Positions 40,214 through 52,372 of a stretch of 64,000 nt of DNA are shown here, in pieces; the first letter of the stretch is position 1, and each line of letters starts with the position of its first letter. Below the pieces are notes generated by a model. The model worked only from the letters and a program-made list of their open reading frames with translations, was not told where the DNA came from and searched no databases. Position numbers and translations under genes: made by a program. The DNA comes from Felis catus (Eukaryota). The DNA is taken from assembly GCF_018350175.1 (NCBI RefSeq), contig NC_058368.1, positions 124,064,001 to 124,128,000 of the forward strand. Reading direction: 5' to 3'.

Positions 40214-40541
40214 ACTTTTTTGAAATTTTGAAAATAGTTCATGAAACCCTTTGTGGACTTCATGTTCCCCTAAGAATAAGGATGCCCACATTGGGAAATA
40301 TTGAAAGATTATCTTTTCCATTCCAAAAAGAGTCTATACTTCCAAGTTTTTGTTTTGTTTTGTTTTGTTTTTAAATATAAGATCTCATTTATACTCTTTT
40401 TTCCCCACTCCTTGGAAATTGGTAACTAGTGTTGTAGGGGAAATCCACTTTATGCTTTACAGTAGAAGAAATTGAAAAAAGCAAGCACTATTCCTTGCAG
40501 TACTCATATATCAATGAGTATATCAGAGAGATGATTTAACA

Positions 40542-40878
40542 CAGAGGTCAGCAAACTTTTTCTATAAAGGGACAGATAGTAGATATTTTAGGCTTAGAGG
40601 GAGATGGATCTCTGTCAAACTATTTAACACTATTTCTGTAGCAGGAAAGTTGCCATAGACAATATGTAAACCAATGGACCTCACTGTTGTCCAATTAAAC
40701 CTTATTTATGGATCCTGAAATTTGAATTTCATATACTTTTCACATGCCACAAAGTATTTTTCTTTTTATATATTTTCCCCAACCATTTAACAATGTCAAA
40801 CCTGTTCTTAGCCTTTGGGCCAATCAAGAATAGGTGGTGGGCTGTATTGGGCCTGTAGGCCTAGTTTGCTGAGCCCTG
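40542..40878. mobile_element. MER58-like hAT-Charlie MITE
   Basis: TIRs cagaggtcagcaaact / agtttgctgagccctg. Confidence 0.85.
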
Positions 40879-42778
40879 CTTCTGAAAATAAGAATGATAA
40901 AGACCCAATAATCCATGGTACAAATGACTTATATTCTCCTAGACTGTAGTTCTAGGTCCAGTGTTGAATAGAAAGTATCAGTAAAATGAAAATCTGGAAA
41001 CCTCAATAAGCGTACTCTTATTTTTTTGTTATAAGGAGTCACTCCTCCCACCCCCTTCTATCACTCCCTATGGATTGTCATTATGTTCATGAGCTGGTCA
41101 TGTAGAAAGAGTAAATGCCTGGGTGTCCTTAGGCCTGTGTACAGTCTCTGTCCATGGTCTCAGGTCTTCTGGGCTCTCCAGGACTCCCATACTAGCTTGT
41201 ACCTTTGTAAGTTTATCACCAAAAATCTTTTTTCCGGGTAGAATGGGAAGGTTTCTTGTGGGTGATCAACTCTGAGAGCAGACGATGGTGGGTCAGTGGT
41301 ATGAAGAAAAAAACCTTACTGATGCTCAGGAATGATAGGAATAGATTTTTCCCTGGGGAAGAGTAAGGAGTTGGGATGCCTTTATGGAGGTAGTGACTTT
41401 TGAACTGAGATGTGAAGGAGCTCTAAAGATGCAGGAAAGGGAAGAAAAGGATATGTCTCCAAGGTTACAGCATGAATAAATGCAAAATATTCAACTACAG
41501 TGATAGTACTAATAACAATGATAGTAACATCTCATCTTTAGAATAAGTGGCTGAACTTTTAAAAGCACTTAATGCATATTAGCTCATTTCATCCTCATAA
41601 CAGTGCTATACTATAGGTATATTACTATTCTCATTTTAGATGGGAAAACTCAGGCAAGGAGAGGCTAGGAAACTTGCCCAAGGCACAGAATTCAAACCTG
41701 ATCTTTTTCCAGAGTTTGTGATGTAACCATGACTCAACATTATTCTGGAGGCCATTTTTTTTTGCACTGTACAACTATAGAAAAACTTTAAACTCCTTTC
41801 TATTTTCAAAATTCCACGATTCTATACATCTAAGCTCCTTTGCTCCCAGCCCCAGCCAACACTGGGACCGTGTAAGGTGGGGTTTTTTTCTGTTTTCTGC
41901 CGACTTCAACTCCTACATAATCCCTAGAGCTGTGGGACTATATCTATACCTACCCATCTGATACCTATCAGTCTTTGTATTTGTCTTCATTAAGTTATAG
42001 TTTGATAGGATTTAAGTTATCTATCTGGGATAGATAGATATCTTTCTATCAGGAAAATAATTTTCATGGGTTTTCTGAAAATAGTGTATGCCAATGGTAG
42101 AAAATTCAATTTGAAAAATGTAAAGAATGTAAAAAAAAAAATCGCTTGAAATTTCATCACCAAAGGTAACAGCTTTACATTTTGCTGAGCACCTTTCCAG
42201 ACATCTGTAAGAACAGTTATATAAATATATAAGTTTATATAAATTTGATTATTCTGCATATAATATGCATATTTTTTTTACCACCAGTAGAGATGGCCAT
42301 CTTTCCATATCAATAACTATAGATATATTAAAAACTATTTAAAATTCTACTTATGTATCCACCATACTTTATTTAATTAATAATTAATTAATTATGTATC
42401 CACCATACTTTATTTAATAAATCCTCTTTGATTTTAATTTTCTTTTTAGAATAACTTCCCAAGACTAGAATTTGGGGTTTTCAAGGGCCTATTCAGTATT
42501 TCTTACCAATAGGAAATACAAGTATAGTTTCTGATGGATGTAAAGAGTTTCAAGCAAGTCTCCATGTCTCATAACATCTCAGACAAGAAGCGGGTAACTT
42601 GGAACTCTCCTTGGAAGTGATGAGGAAGGTATTTGGGGAGGAGCACTCTGTTCCGAACGATATAGTCTTCAAGAGAAACCCAAAGTAAAACTAACAAATA
42701 CATGCTTAATATATTAAGTATGGCTTTGTTTCCAAACTGCTGTACTAAACTCATGTTGAACTGCTTTTTCCTTCAAAG

Positions 42779-42960
42779 CTCTTATGGATATAAAAGTGAT
42801 ATTTGTCCAAGTGATAATTCTACAAGAGGAAATCATACTTTTTGCTCCTTTCTTCCTCCAACAATAACAAACCCAGATAATTACACCATTCAAGTGGAAG
42901 CTCAAAATGCAGATGGTATAATTAAATCTGATATAACACATTGGAGCTTAGATGCTATAA
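42779..42960 (+). CDS. IL31RA: IL31RA coding exon, D1 C-terminal half
   Basis: AAG acceptor, GTAAGT donor, 182 bp. SYGYKSDICPSDNSTRGNHTFCSFLPPTITNPDNYTIQVEAQNADGIIKSDITHWSLDAI. Phases are compatible with neighbouring exons. Confidence 0.97.
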
Positions 42961-43109
42961 GTAAGTATTATTTTTTATTCTTATATACTCTTTTATTAAA
43001 AGATACCCCCCTTTTTTTTCTTGAAAGAGATACAGACACAAAAGTAGACTCAAAGCTTAAGGATATAGTACATATGTGTCATGAATATACCAAGGGTTAT
43101 GAGTATGCA

Positions 43110-44490
43110 TAAGAGTTCCTTATTCTCCACATCTTTACCCGTGCTTACTGTTTGTTGTCTTTTTGTTACTAGCCATTGTGATTGGTATGAGGTAATATCT
43201 CATTGTGGTTTTCTCTGATTATTAGTGATGTTGAGCATCTCTACATGTACCTCTTAGCTATCTATTTGTCTTTGGAAAATGTCTATTCAGGTCCTCTGTC
43301 CATTTTAAAATTCAGACTGTGATTTTCTTGGTGTTGAATTGTATGAGTTCTTTATATATTTTGGATTTTAACCCCTTATTGAATATATCATTTGCAGATA
43401 CCTTCTCCCATTCAGTAAATTTCCTTTTCATTTTGCTGATGATTTCCTTCACTGTGCAAAAGCTTTTTATTTTGATGAGGTCCCAATAGTGTATTTTTGC
43501 TTTTGTTTTACTTGCCTGAGGAGACCTATCCAAAAAAATGTTTCTAAGGCTGATGTCAAAGAGATTGCTGACTATATTTTCTTTAGGAGTTTTATGGTTT
43601 CAGGCCTCACATTTAAGTTTTTAATCCATTTTGAGCTTATTTTTGTACATGGTTTGAGAAAGTGGTTCATTTTCATTCTTTTACATAAAACTGTCAAGTT
43701 TTCTCAACACCATTTACTGAAGAGACTCTTTTATCCCCATTGTATATTCTTGCCTCCTTTGTCTGATATTAATTGATGATATAAGTTTATGCTTATTTCT
43801 GGACTCTCAGTCCTGTTCCACTGATCTTTGTGTCTATTTTTATGTCAGCACAGCTTGAAATCTTGGATTGTGATACTTTCAGCTTTATTTTTGTTTCTCA
43901 AGATTACTTTCATTATTTGGGGTCTTTTGTGGTTCCATACACATTTTAGTATTATTATCTTTTTAATTCTGGAATCTGTAAATTGCTTTGGGTGGTATAG
44001 ACATTTACAAATTTTTAGTTCTTGGGGTGCCTGGGTGGCTGGGTTGAGCATCCGACTTCAGCTCAGGTCATAATCTCATGGTCTGTGAGTTCAAGCCCCG
44101 TGTCAGGCTCTGTGCTGACAGCTCAGAGCCTAGAGCCTGGAGCCTGTTTCAGATTCTTTGTCTCCCTCTGCCTCTGCCCCTCTCCCACTCATGCTCTGTC
44201 TCTCTCTCTCCCTGTCAAAAATAAATAAACATAAAAAAATTTTTTTTAATTTTTAATTCTTCCAATCCATGAGCATGGTATATATCTTTTCATTTGTTTG
44301 TGTTGTCTCAATTTCTTTTATTAATGTCTTCTAGTTTTCAGAGTACAGGTCTTTCATGTCCTTGTTTAAATTTATTCCTAGGCATTTTATTCTTATTGAT
44401 GCAAGTGTATTTCCTCCTTCATTACTTATGTATAGGAATGCAACAGATTCCTGTATATTAATTTTATATCCTACAACCTTATTGAAGTCA
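43110..44490 (-). mobile_element. Carnivore L1 ORF2 3' fragment with a nested SINE
   Basis: Peptides KAKIHYWDLIKIKSFCT and [12 protein letters not shown]. Confidence 0.9.
44024..44240 (+). mobile_element. SINEC in L1
   Basis: ggggtgcctgggtggct head and A tail. Confidence 0.9.
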
Positions 44491-45124
44491 TTGTTTAGAA
44501 GAATTTTTAATGCAAGTGGGTATACGCTGATTACACAGTGTGATTTAAAAAGATGAAAGTTTTATTTAGCATAATAGAAAATTTGCTTAAAAATATACAA
44601 ATACTTACATAGAAAAAAGCCTGGAAATACACCAGAAAGTTATAATGGCTATCTCTGAGGTTGATGGCATTATGGATGATTTAAACTTTTTCTTTGTATT
44701 TTTCTATATTAAAAAGATTTTTTTAGAATGAGCATATACTACTTTTAAAACCAGAAAAAAAATTGCATATCTTCAGAGAGAGAGACTTAGGATGAGAATG
44801 TTTGTAGTATTCAAGGAAAATGAAAGATGCTTTCTACTGGTCACTTCTGGGTTGAGGGGAGTGTAGAGTAGATAAGGTAAACAGCCCATTTTCTGGTTGT
44901 TTTACCTCCTTTCTCCTTGGCGTAAGATCTGACCCATTTAGTAAAATGTATATTTGCGGAAAAATCGTAGGAATCTATCCTCTCCTCAGAGGCCATCCCT
45001 TTTTTTGGTGGGGGTGAGACGGTGGGAGAAGTGGGGATGGCAGCATTCCTTTTGCACTGCCTTCCTAATGCCATCTGCATATAGCAGATTACAAAATAAG
45101 CCCTACCATTTCATTTCTACTTTT

Positions 45125-45361
45125 CTTTTTTTTTTAAATTTATTTTTATTTTTTATTATTTATTTTTGAGAGAGAAAGCGTGCGAGTTAGGGAAGAGCAC
45201 GGGCGGGGGGGGGGGGGGGGGCGGGGAACACAGAATCTGAAGCAGGCTTCAGGCTCTGAGCTGTCAGCACAGTCTGATGCAGGTTCTCAAACCTGCGAAC
45301 CACAAGATAATGACCTGAGCCAAAGTCGGACGCTTAACCGACTGAATCACCCAGGTACCCC
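45125..45361 (-). mobile_element. SINEC with internal poly-G tract
   Basis: TSD tctacttt; ends cacccaggtacccc. Confidence 0.9.
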
Positions 45362-45452
45362 TCTACTTTGCCTTTTTCCAGTTTTAGGTGGATGCTATTA
45401 ACATCTTCTGATCTTTTTGAAAATATGAGAAATTTAGGATTTTTATTTTCAG

Positions 45453-45604
45453 CGAAAATTGAACCACCTGAGATTTTCAGTGTGAAACCAGTTTTGGGTG
45501 TCAAACGAATGGTTCAAATAAAATGGATACGGCCTGTGTTGGCTCCTGTTTCGTCTACTTTAAAATACACACTTCGATTCAAAACAGTAAATAGTGCCTA
45601 CTGG
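45453..45604 (+). CDS. IL31RA: IL31RA coding exon, D2 N-terminal half
   Basis: tttcag acceptor, GTAAGT donor, 152 bp. (T)KIEPPEIFSVKPVLGVKRMVQIKWIRPVLAPVSSTLKYTLRFKTVNSAYW. Confidence 0.97.
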
Positions 45605-46156
45605 GTAAGTATCCTATTACAATGTTTCTATTAGAGGGCCCAAAGAAAAGAATTATTGATAACTTTTTTTTTTTAACTGGGAATCATTTTTTTTTCAATT
45701 TTCTACCTTAAAAATAGAAGGCAGATAATAATGAGTACTTTTCTTCCTAGTTTCTCATTAGGGCCTTTTGGATTGGACAAGTATTTCACTATAGGCATCT
45801 TGCATTCAAAGCACAGGGACATATTAAAGAGTGAGAAGTTTACTTTTGCATTCCACTCTGGTTTGTGTATAGCTATGTCAATGGCTGAGATTCTGTGGCT
45901 TGTCCATTTCCTTTTTTATTTTTCCAACTCTTTATGAAATTGTGATATATAACTTGTATTTAGAAAAATGAACAAATCATAGCTGTTGTGTTTAATAAAT
46001 TATTATTAAGTTAGCACTCATGTTAAAACCAGTGAGGTCAAAAAAAGCATGCCAAGGTCCCCTGCTTATCCTTTCCGATGACAACCCCCACACTGCCTTA
46101 GAGCTGTTATCTTGATTTTCACGGTAAATGCTTCTTTGGTTTTTATTATGGGTTTA

Positions 46157-46397
46157 CCGTTTAAACCTGCATCTCTGGGGCGCCTGGGTGGCACAGTCTG
46201 TTAATCGTCCGACTTCAGCCAGGTCACAATCCTCGCGGTCCGTGAGTTTGAGCCCCGCATCAGGCTCTGGGCTGATGGCTCAGAACCTGGAGCCTGTTTC
46301 CGATTCTGTGTCTCCCTCTCTCTCTGCCCCTCCCCCGTTCATGCTCTGTCTCTCTCTGTCCCAAAAATAAATAAACGTTGAAAAAAATAAATAAATA
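46157..46397 (+). mobile_element. SINEC_Fc-like
   Basis: TSD taaacctgcatctctg. Confidence 0.94.
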
Positions 46398-47029
46398 AAC
46401 CTGCATCTCTGAACAACACAGTTTGACACATTATGTAATAGAAATCCTTACATTTTGTATTTTTAAAAAAATATTTGACTTCCTTCAGTATTGTACTCTT
46501 AAGATTCATCTATGTTATGTAATGCTGGAATTTATACATTTTAATTGTTTTATAGTATTCCATTGTGTACTAATTAATTTGCATTTACCTGACTTTTAAT
46601 TGCATTAATTTATTGCATTAATTGCATTAATTAATTTAATTTGCATTTACCTGACTTTTAATGAGGTTGTATACCTTTTTATGTGTTTTTTGGCTATTTG
46701 GAGTTCTTTGTGAAATGTTGATTTAAGCCTTTTGCACATTTTTTCTCATGGGTGGTCTGAGTTTTAAATTGACTTGTAGGAGTTTCTTATACATTTTATT
46801 TATGAGTTTTTTAAATCTGCTATGTGTCTTACAGACATTTATCACTATGTGGTTTGCCATTTCACTGTCTTAATGGTGACTTTGGAGGAGCATAACTTGT
46901 TAATTTTTAACATTTTTAACAATTTTCAACAATCCTTTCTTACTTCAAAGTTCAGAGGATATTCTTCTATTTCCATCAATGCAACCTGAAATTATATCAA
47001 CCTTTTTTTGGTAACTACTATATATATAT

Positions 47030-47238
47030 TTTTAATGTTTATTTATTTTTGAGAGAGAGAGAAAAAGAGAGAGAGGGTGAGGGAGGGACAGAGAGAGAGG
47101 GAGACACAGAATCCAAAGCAGGTTCTAAGCCCTGACCTGACAGCACAGAGCCTGATGTGGGACCTGAATGCATGAACCGTGAGATCATGACCTGAGCCAA
47201 AGTCGGAAGCTTAACCGACTGAGCCACCCAGGTGCCCC
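47030..47238 (-). mobile_element. SINEC
   Basis: Ends gagccacccaggtgcccc. Confidence 0.9.
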
Positions 47239-50200
47239 TGTAAACACTACATATTGTTGACTCTTAATCAGATCCTAGCCAATTAAATCAGTTAAACCTT
47301 TAATATTTTTTTCCCACACACAAGATTTTCTAGTAAAACACATGTCCACTGTCTTAAAGTTTATTGTTTTTTAAGATAAGTGGAGGCATTATCAGCATTT
47401 CAGCCCATTTAGAATCTTTATTTTACCACCAAAACTTACAGTTAACTTTTAACTTTCTGACTTTTCAATATCCTCAGATTTTATAACTCTTAACTTGTAT
47501 ACCTTTATCAAATCATTAATAAAAATAGTGACTATGTCAGAGCCCTGTGGTAAACCATTAGAGACTATTCAGAGATATCAACCTTTTTTTCTCTGAGTGT
47601 GGTCATTTACTTATGTTTCTGTGAATATGCATAATTACTGTCATAATCATTCAGCCTACTCTTACTGTCTTGACCATGACACTATTACTAGACTTTGCTG
47701 AAATTCATAGATACTTTATTGCATTCTCTCCTAGTCTAGAGCTCTTTCAGAAAAGAAAATTGGTAAAGTTTCACTTATTACATGTTTAAGATAAGAGAAA
47801 TAATGATGCCCACTCTTCCTCTCAGCTTCTTTTCTAAGCCAGCTCTGGAACCATTCTCTTAGTACCTGCCTACATGTACCACAAGACTAATTAATTTGTA
47901 GTTTCTGGAACCCAGAACAGAATACCTTAGCAAGGAAGTTCCTGGTACAACATAAGTCCATCTTCCTTCACATCACCAGTTATGGTCTAAGTAAACCTGA
48001 GGAATTGCTAGGAATTGGTACTGTCTAGCGATCCTTGATTTACCCTGTTTGTCTGAGCCCAGAGTCCTCTGGCCATTGAGATAGGATTCAATAAGAAAAA
48101 TAAACCAGGATTTCTGTTCCTCTGGAAAATGAGCAAGCCATGTAGAACACTAAGTGAGGGACGTGTAAATTACCCCAGATTTCAGCATCCTGTACCCACC
48201 TCTTTGAGAAACTCACCTGCATCTGCCCTCATGTTTGCATTATTCCTTCCAGTCCTTAAGCTAAGAGGTCATTTCTCCTGCTCTGCTGAAGGAAGTGAGA
48301 AGGAAAGTGGAATGTGCAGTCAGTATCTCCCTCCTTTGAGCATTCAAACACAATAATTTTTAAACTCAATTATACCAACCCAATGTTTCTATGGAAAAAG
48401 GTCCAAATCCTTAATCCCCCAACACTTGAACCCTATCAACCCCTCCAACCTCATTTTTCATCCTGCCCTTGGTTCTCTACTAACTAGTTCTAGATTGCTA
48501 CTTTCCCTTGTGTCATGTTGTTTCACTATTCTGTATCTTTGCTTTTGTACCTCTACTCCCTCGCCAAACTTCGTTAAACCTGTTCATGTCTCAGAACTCA
48601 GTTCTGACATATTTCCTTCTGAGCACCTGAACTAGGTGCTCCTTCTCCATCACCACACTTAACACTCAACACAGTCATTTAAAGTCCTATGTCCCTGCAT
48701 TAGACTGTAAAAAAATCCCAATATGTCCATATAGCAGGACTTACGTTTGTATAATGCTGTGTGTGTTGCAAAGTGCTTTCTTACACTCCAGACTATTTAA
48801 TCTTTGCATATATCTATAAATGAGGCATCACTATTATTTTTTTTACAGATTAGGAAATCATGATGTACAGAGCTTAAATCACCTGTCTAAGATCCCAGGG
48901 TTTGTAAGTTGCAAACCTGAGCCCAAGTTTTCTGACTCCAAGTTGCCATTCATTTGACCATATTTTAGCAACCTCCAGACCATCTTCCTGTTGCCTGACA
49001 GTCTAAGGAGTTTCTGCCTTTAAAAATAGAGCTATGTGAGAACTCTGCCAAAGAATCTCAAGAAGGTTTTAAAAGTTTGATTTAGGCTTTGCACCAACAC
49101 TTCTGACTCATCTCTTAAAACATAAACACTTTGGGCGAACTAGGATTTGGCACAAAGTGTAGGTTGTTAGAAATAAACCCAATGAAGTTAATTAGTGTTT
49201 TGTTAGGAGTCCTTTGTGTTGAGCTGGGGAAATCTTAGTTGAGTCTATATATGGAGGATCAGTTGGTCCTGGACTGTATGAGGGCCACAGGTACTTGCCT
49301 GGACAAAAAGCCAAACTGAAAGAAGCCTTTCAGGCAGATACGTAGTTTGAAAGGCTGAGCAGCTTTTTTCCCACCTATGGGAAAGGGCTGTAAAGAACAT
49401 GCTTGGCTAGTTACATTAGGCAAAGCTTACTGAACATGAATGTGAAGAGCCCCAGCTTGTAGACCAAGCATGTGCTTGAGGGTACTAGCAAAGCAGGAAG
49501 AAAATTTTGAAAGATTGTTATAAAAGAATATTACATATTTAAAAGAGCTTAAAAGGACAACAAAACTTTATTAGACTTCTTTGTGGATTAATATAGTTTT
49601 ATTTTGATTTATGTATGGAAGATACCATGTGGTTGTCTGTCTTATAAAGGTCTTAATATCGCCCCAAATGAGCCCCATAACTAAGCTAAGTTGGGGAAGG
49701 CTACTTTCTCTGAGATGTGGGATTGTCCCAGTGACCCTATTCTGCCATTACAACATCTCCAGGGGCTGTTAGAGGTGGGCGCTCAGGGAACTTTGGATTC
49801 AACAGTGAAACTGCCCTTGCCTCTGGTTCCTACATCCTTTTCCCAACACCATCTTCCTAGATTCAGAGTTTAGAAGTTTCCATCTGCGGCTAAGATGCTC
49901 AGGTTTTTGCTACATACATACATTCTCATTTTGTTCAATTTCCTTTAGGCCCAAGACCTGTAGTTATGTAGTTATTTTCACAGCTGTTATATATACTTTA
50001 TTCTCCCACAGGGTTTTATGGGACTAGTGTGCATATTCACAAAATAGACATGCCTATTAGTGCAGTTTATTAATCAACTCAATGTAAGTTCATATAAACC
50101 AACAGCTAAAAGTTCATCTTGCACCAACAGTGACCATGCTCAAAAATAAATAGCTGAATTTTTAGTGTCTCTTGGAGAGTTGGGTCCAAAAGGGACTTGA

Positions 50201-50954
50201 GAGATTATATAAAGCAGTGTGCTCATTTTACTAATGAGGAAACTGAAGTCTAGAAAGGAGAAGTGATTTATTTACCTCTCCCCCTCCACTTCCCCACAGA
50301 ATGTCAAAATGAATTTATGCATCCAGGCTGCTGAGATCCTTAGCAGCCCTACTGGTTACCTAAAGACCAATAGTTTGCAATGGAAGATTTGGGTAAAGGG
50401 GAAGTATGTAGGAGTTAGGAATGCTGTATTCTGATCCCAGTTATGCCTATAACAAACACTGAAGTAGTCCACAGTCACTTAACTTTTGGGCTCTTGTCCA
50501 TGACATGAGATTGAACTTAATGCCACTGAGGTCTTTGTTAGTTACTGTTGTATGAGGCCTTATATCTAGGTATTGGAGTCACCTGCAGTATTTACACTGA
50601 GGCCCAGGTTGCCCTCAGTCCCATGACTCCACCTTGTATTTTCCAGAACAAGACTTTGCACACTCACATCAGCCAGGATGGGGTGGGGGGTGGGTGTGTA
50701 GGCATGATCTCTGCCTTACAAGCTTAGAGACAGGAAATGGGGAGGGTGGTGGTTCATGGGGTGACTCACATCTGTTTAGGTGCAAGTGATCCCCAGGCAT
50801 ATGTGAGGTTTATCTATGAAAATGATATTTTTTGCAACCTGAGATATAATGCTTCAAGTTCCAAAAATGTAAGAGAGAGTTGGGGCGTGAAGAAGAAAAA
50901 TGGAAAGATAACAGGTGATCTCCCATCCAGCTCAGAGTCATCTTTGTCTTTTAG

Positions 50955-51120
50955 ATGGAAGTCAACTTCACCAAAGAAGATATTGATAGAGATGAAACCT
51001 ACAACCTCACAGGACTGCAGGCCTTTACAGAGTATGTTCTAGCTCTGCGATGTGCCACTAAGGAGTCCATGTTCTGGAGTGGTTGGAGCCAAGAAAAAAT
51101 GGGAACAACTGAGGAAGAAG
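50955..51120 (+). CDS. IL31RA: IL31RA coding exon, D2 C-terminal half with WSXWS motif; GC donor
   Basis: ttttag acceptor, 166 bp. MEVNFTKEDIDRDETYNLTGLQAFTEYVLALRCATKESMFWSGWSQEKMGTTEEE, with WSGWS at 51075-51089. The frame join to EEE-APHG requires the donor AAG|GCAAGC at 51121. Confidence 0.96.
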
Positions 51121-52372
51121 GCAAGCTGGTCCCTTGCAATTCCTTTTCTGCCTGCTCTGGTATAAGGTGGCCTGGGCCTAGCCTTAGTGGGTTTTGTCCA
51201 GTGTTGTACTTGGAAATCATGGAATCTCACAGTCCTAGAGCATGGAGAATCTGTATGTTCCCTCTCTATAAGGCACTTACCTGAGCCCACAGGATAAACC
51301 AGCCCTCCTCAGATGGTCTGAGTTAGCATCTTTTTGCCCCAAAGGCAAAAGATCACATCTTTACTACTCTTATTAAGTTCTTATACTATACATGAAACAG
51401 CATAATACTATTTAAAGGTATCTTATGATACATTAAAGATATATATTGTAAACCCTGCAGCCACCACTAAAAAATTAAAAAAGGTTTAATTACTGAGGGA
51501 AAAAAAGGTCAGATTCTTAATGACAGTGAGAGAGAAAGAGAAAGGGACTATACAGTGAATGAGTGCTTACCATGAGTCAGGATGGTCATTCAGAACAGTA
51601 CTTTAAATCTATAGGCTTGGCTTAGATTCCAGCCTGGCTGTGGAGTGATTTGGGGCTAGATAACTAATGTCTAAGCCTCAGTTTTCTCAATATTTCTTTT
51701 GTATGCACATGTTCATAGCATCTTTATTTAAAATAATAAAAAAATAACGGAAAGGTCCATCAACTAGTCAAAGAATAAACAAACTATGGTATAACCATAC
51801 AAGGCAATACAATTAAACAATAAAAAACAACAACAACAAAAAAACTAATGATACATACAACAACATGAATATCTCAGAAGCATTTTGTTAAGTAAAAGAA
51901 ACTGGACACAGAAGACTAAATATGATTTTCAATTTATTGGAAATTCTAGAAAAGGCAAAAATAGTGACAAATAGCAGATGAATGGTTGTCAATGGGTAGG
52001 AATAGAGGCAGGGGACTGACTGCAAAGGGGAACAGTTTCCTCAATATTTATTCCCCTTTTCCATAATGGAATATCATTTATAAATTTGAGTTAAAAGCAG
52101 TACCTACATTTTAGTGTTACTTTAAAAATGAAATAATCTATTTAGCTCATAGTAAACATTCAATAAATGCCAAGTTATCTACTATTTTTATTAACTCTTC
52201 CAAGAGCCCTATAAGATATGTGGAATCACCCCCATTTGGAAGTGAAGGAGCCAAGTTTCAGAAATATTAGTAAATCACTTAAGGTTACTCAGCATGTGTT
52301 ACCATTCTTTATAAATCAAGAATCTTGCCCAGTGCCTGTTCTGTAGTAGATAGTCAATAAATGTCTGATGAA

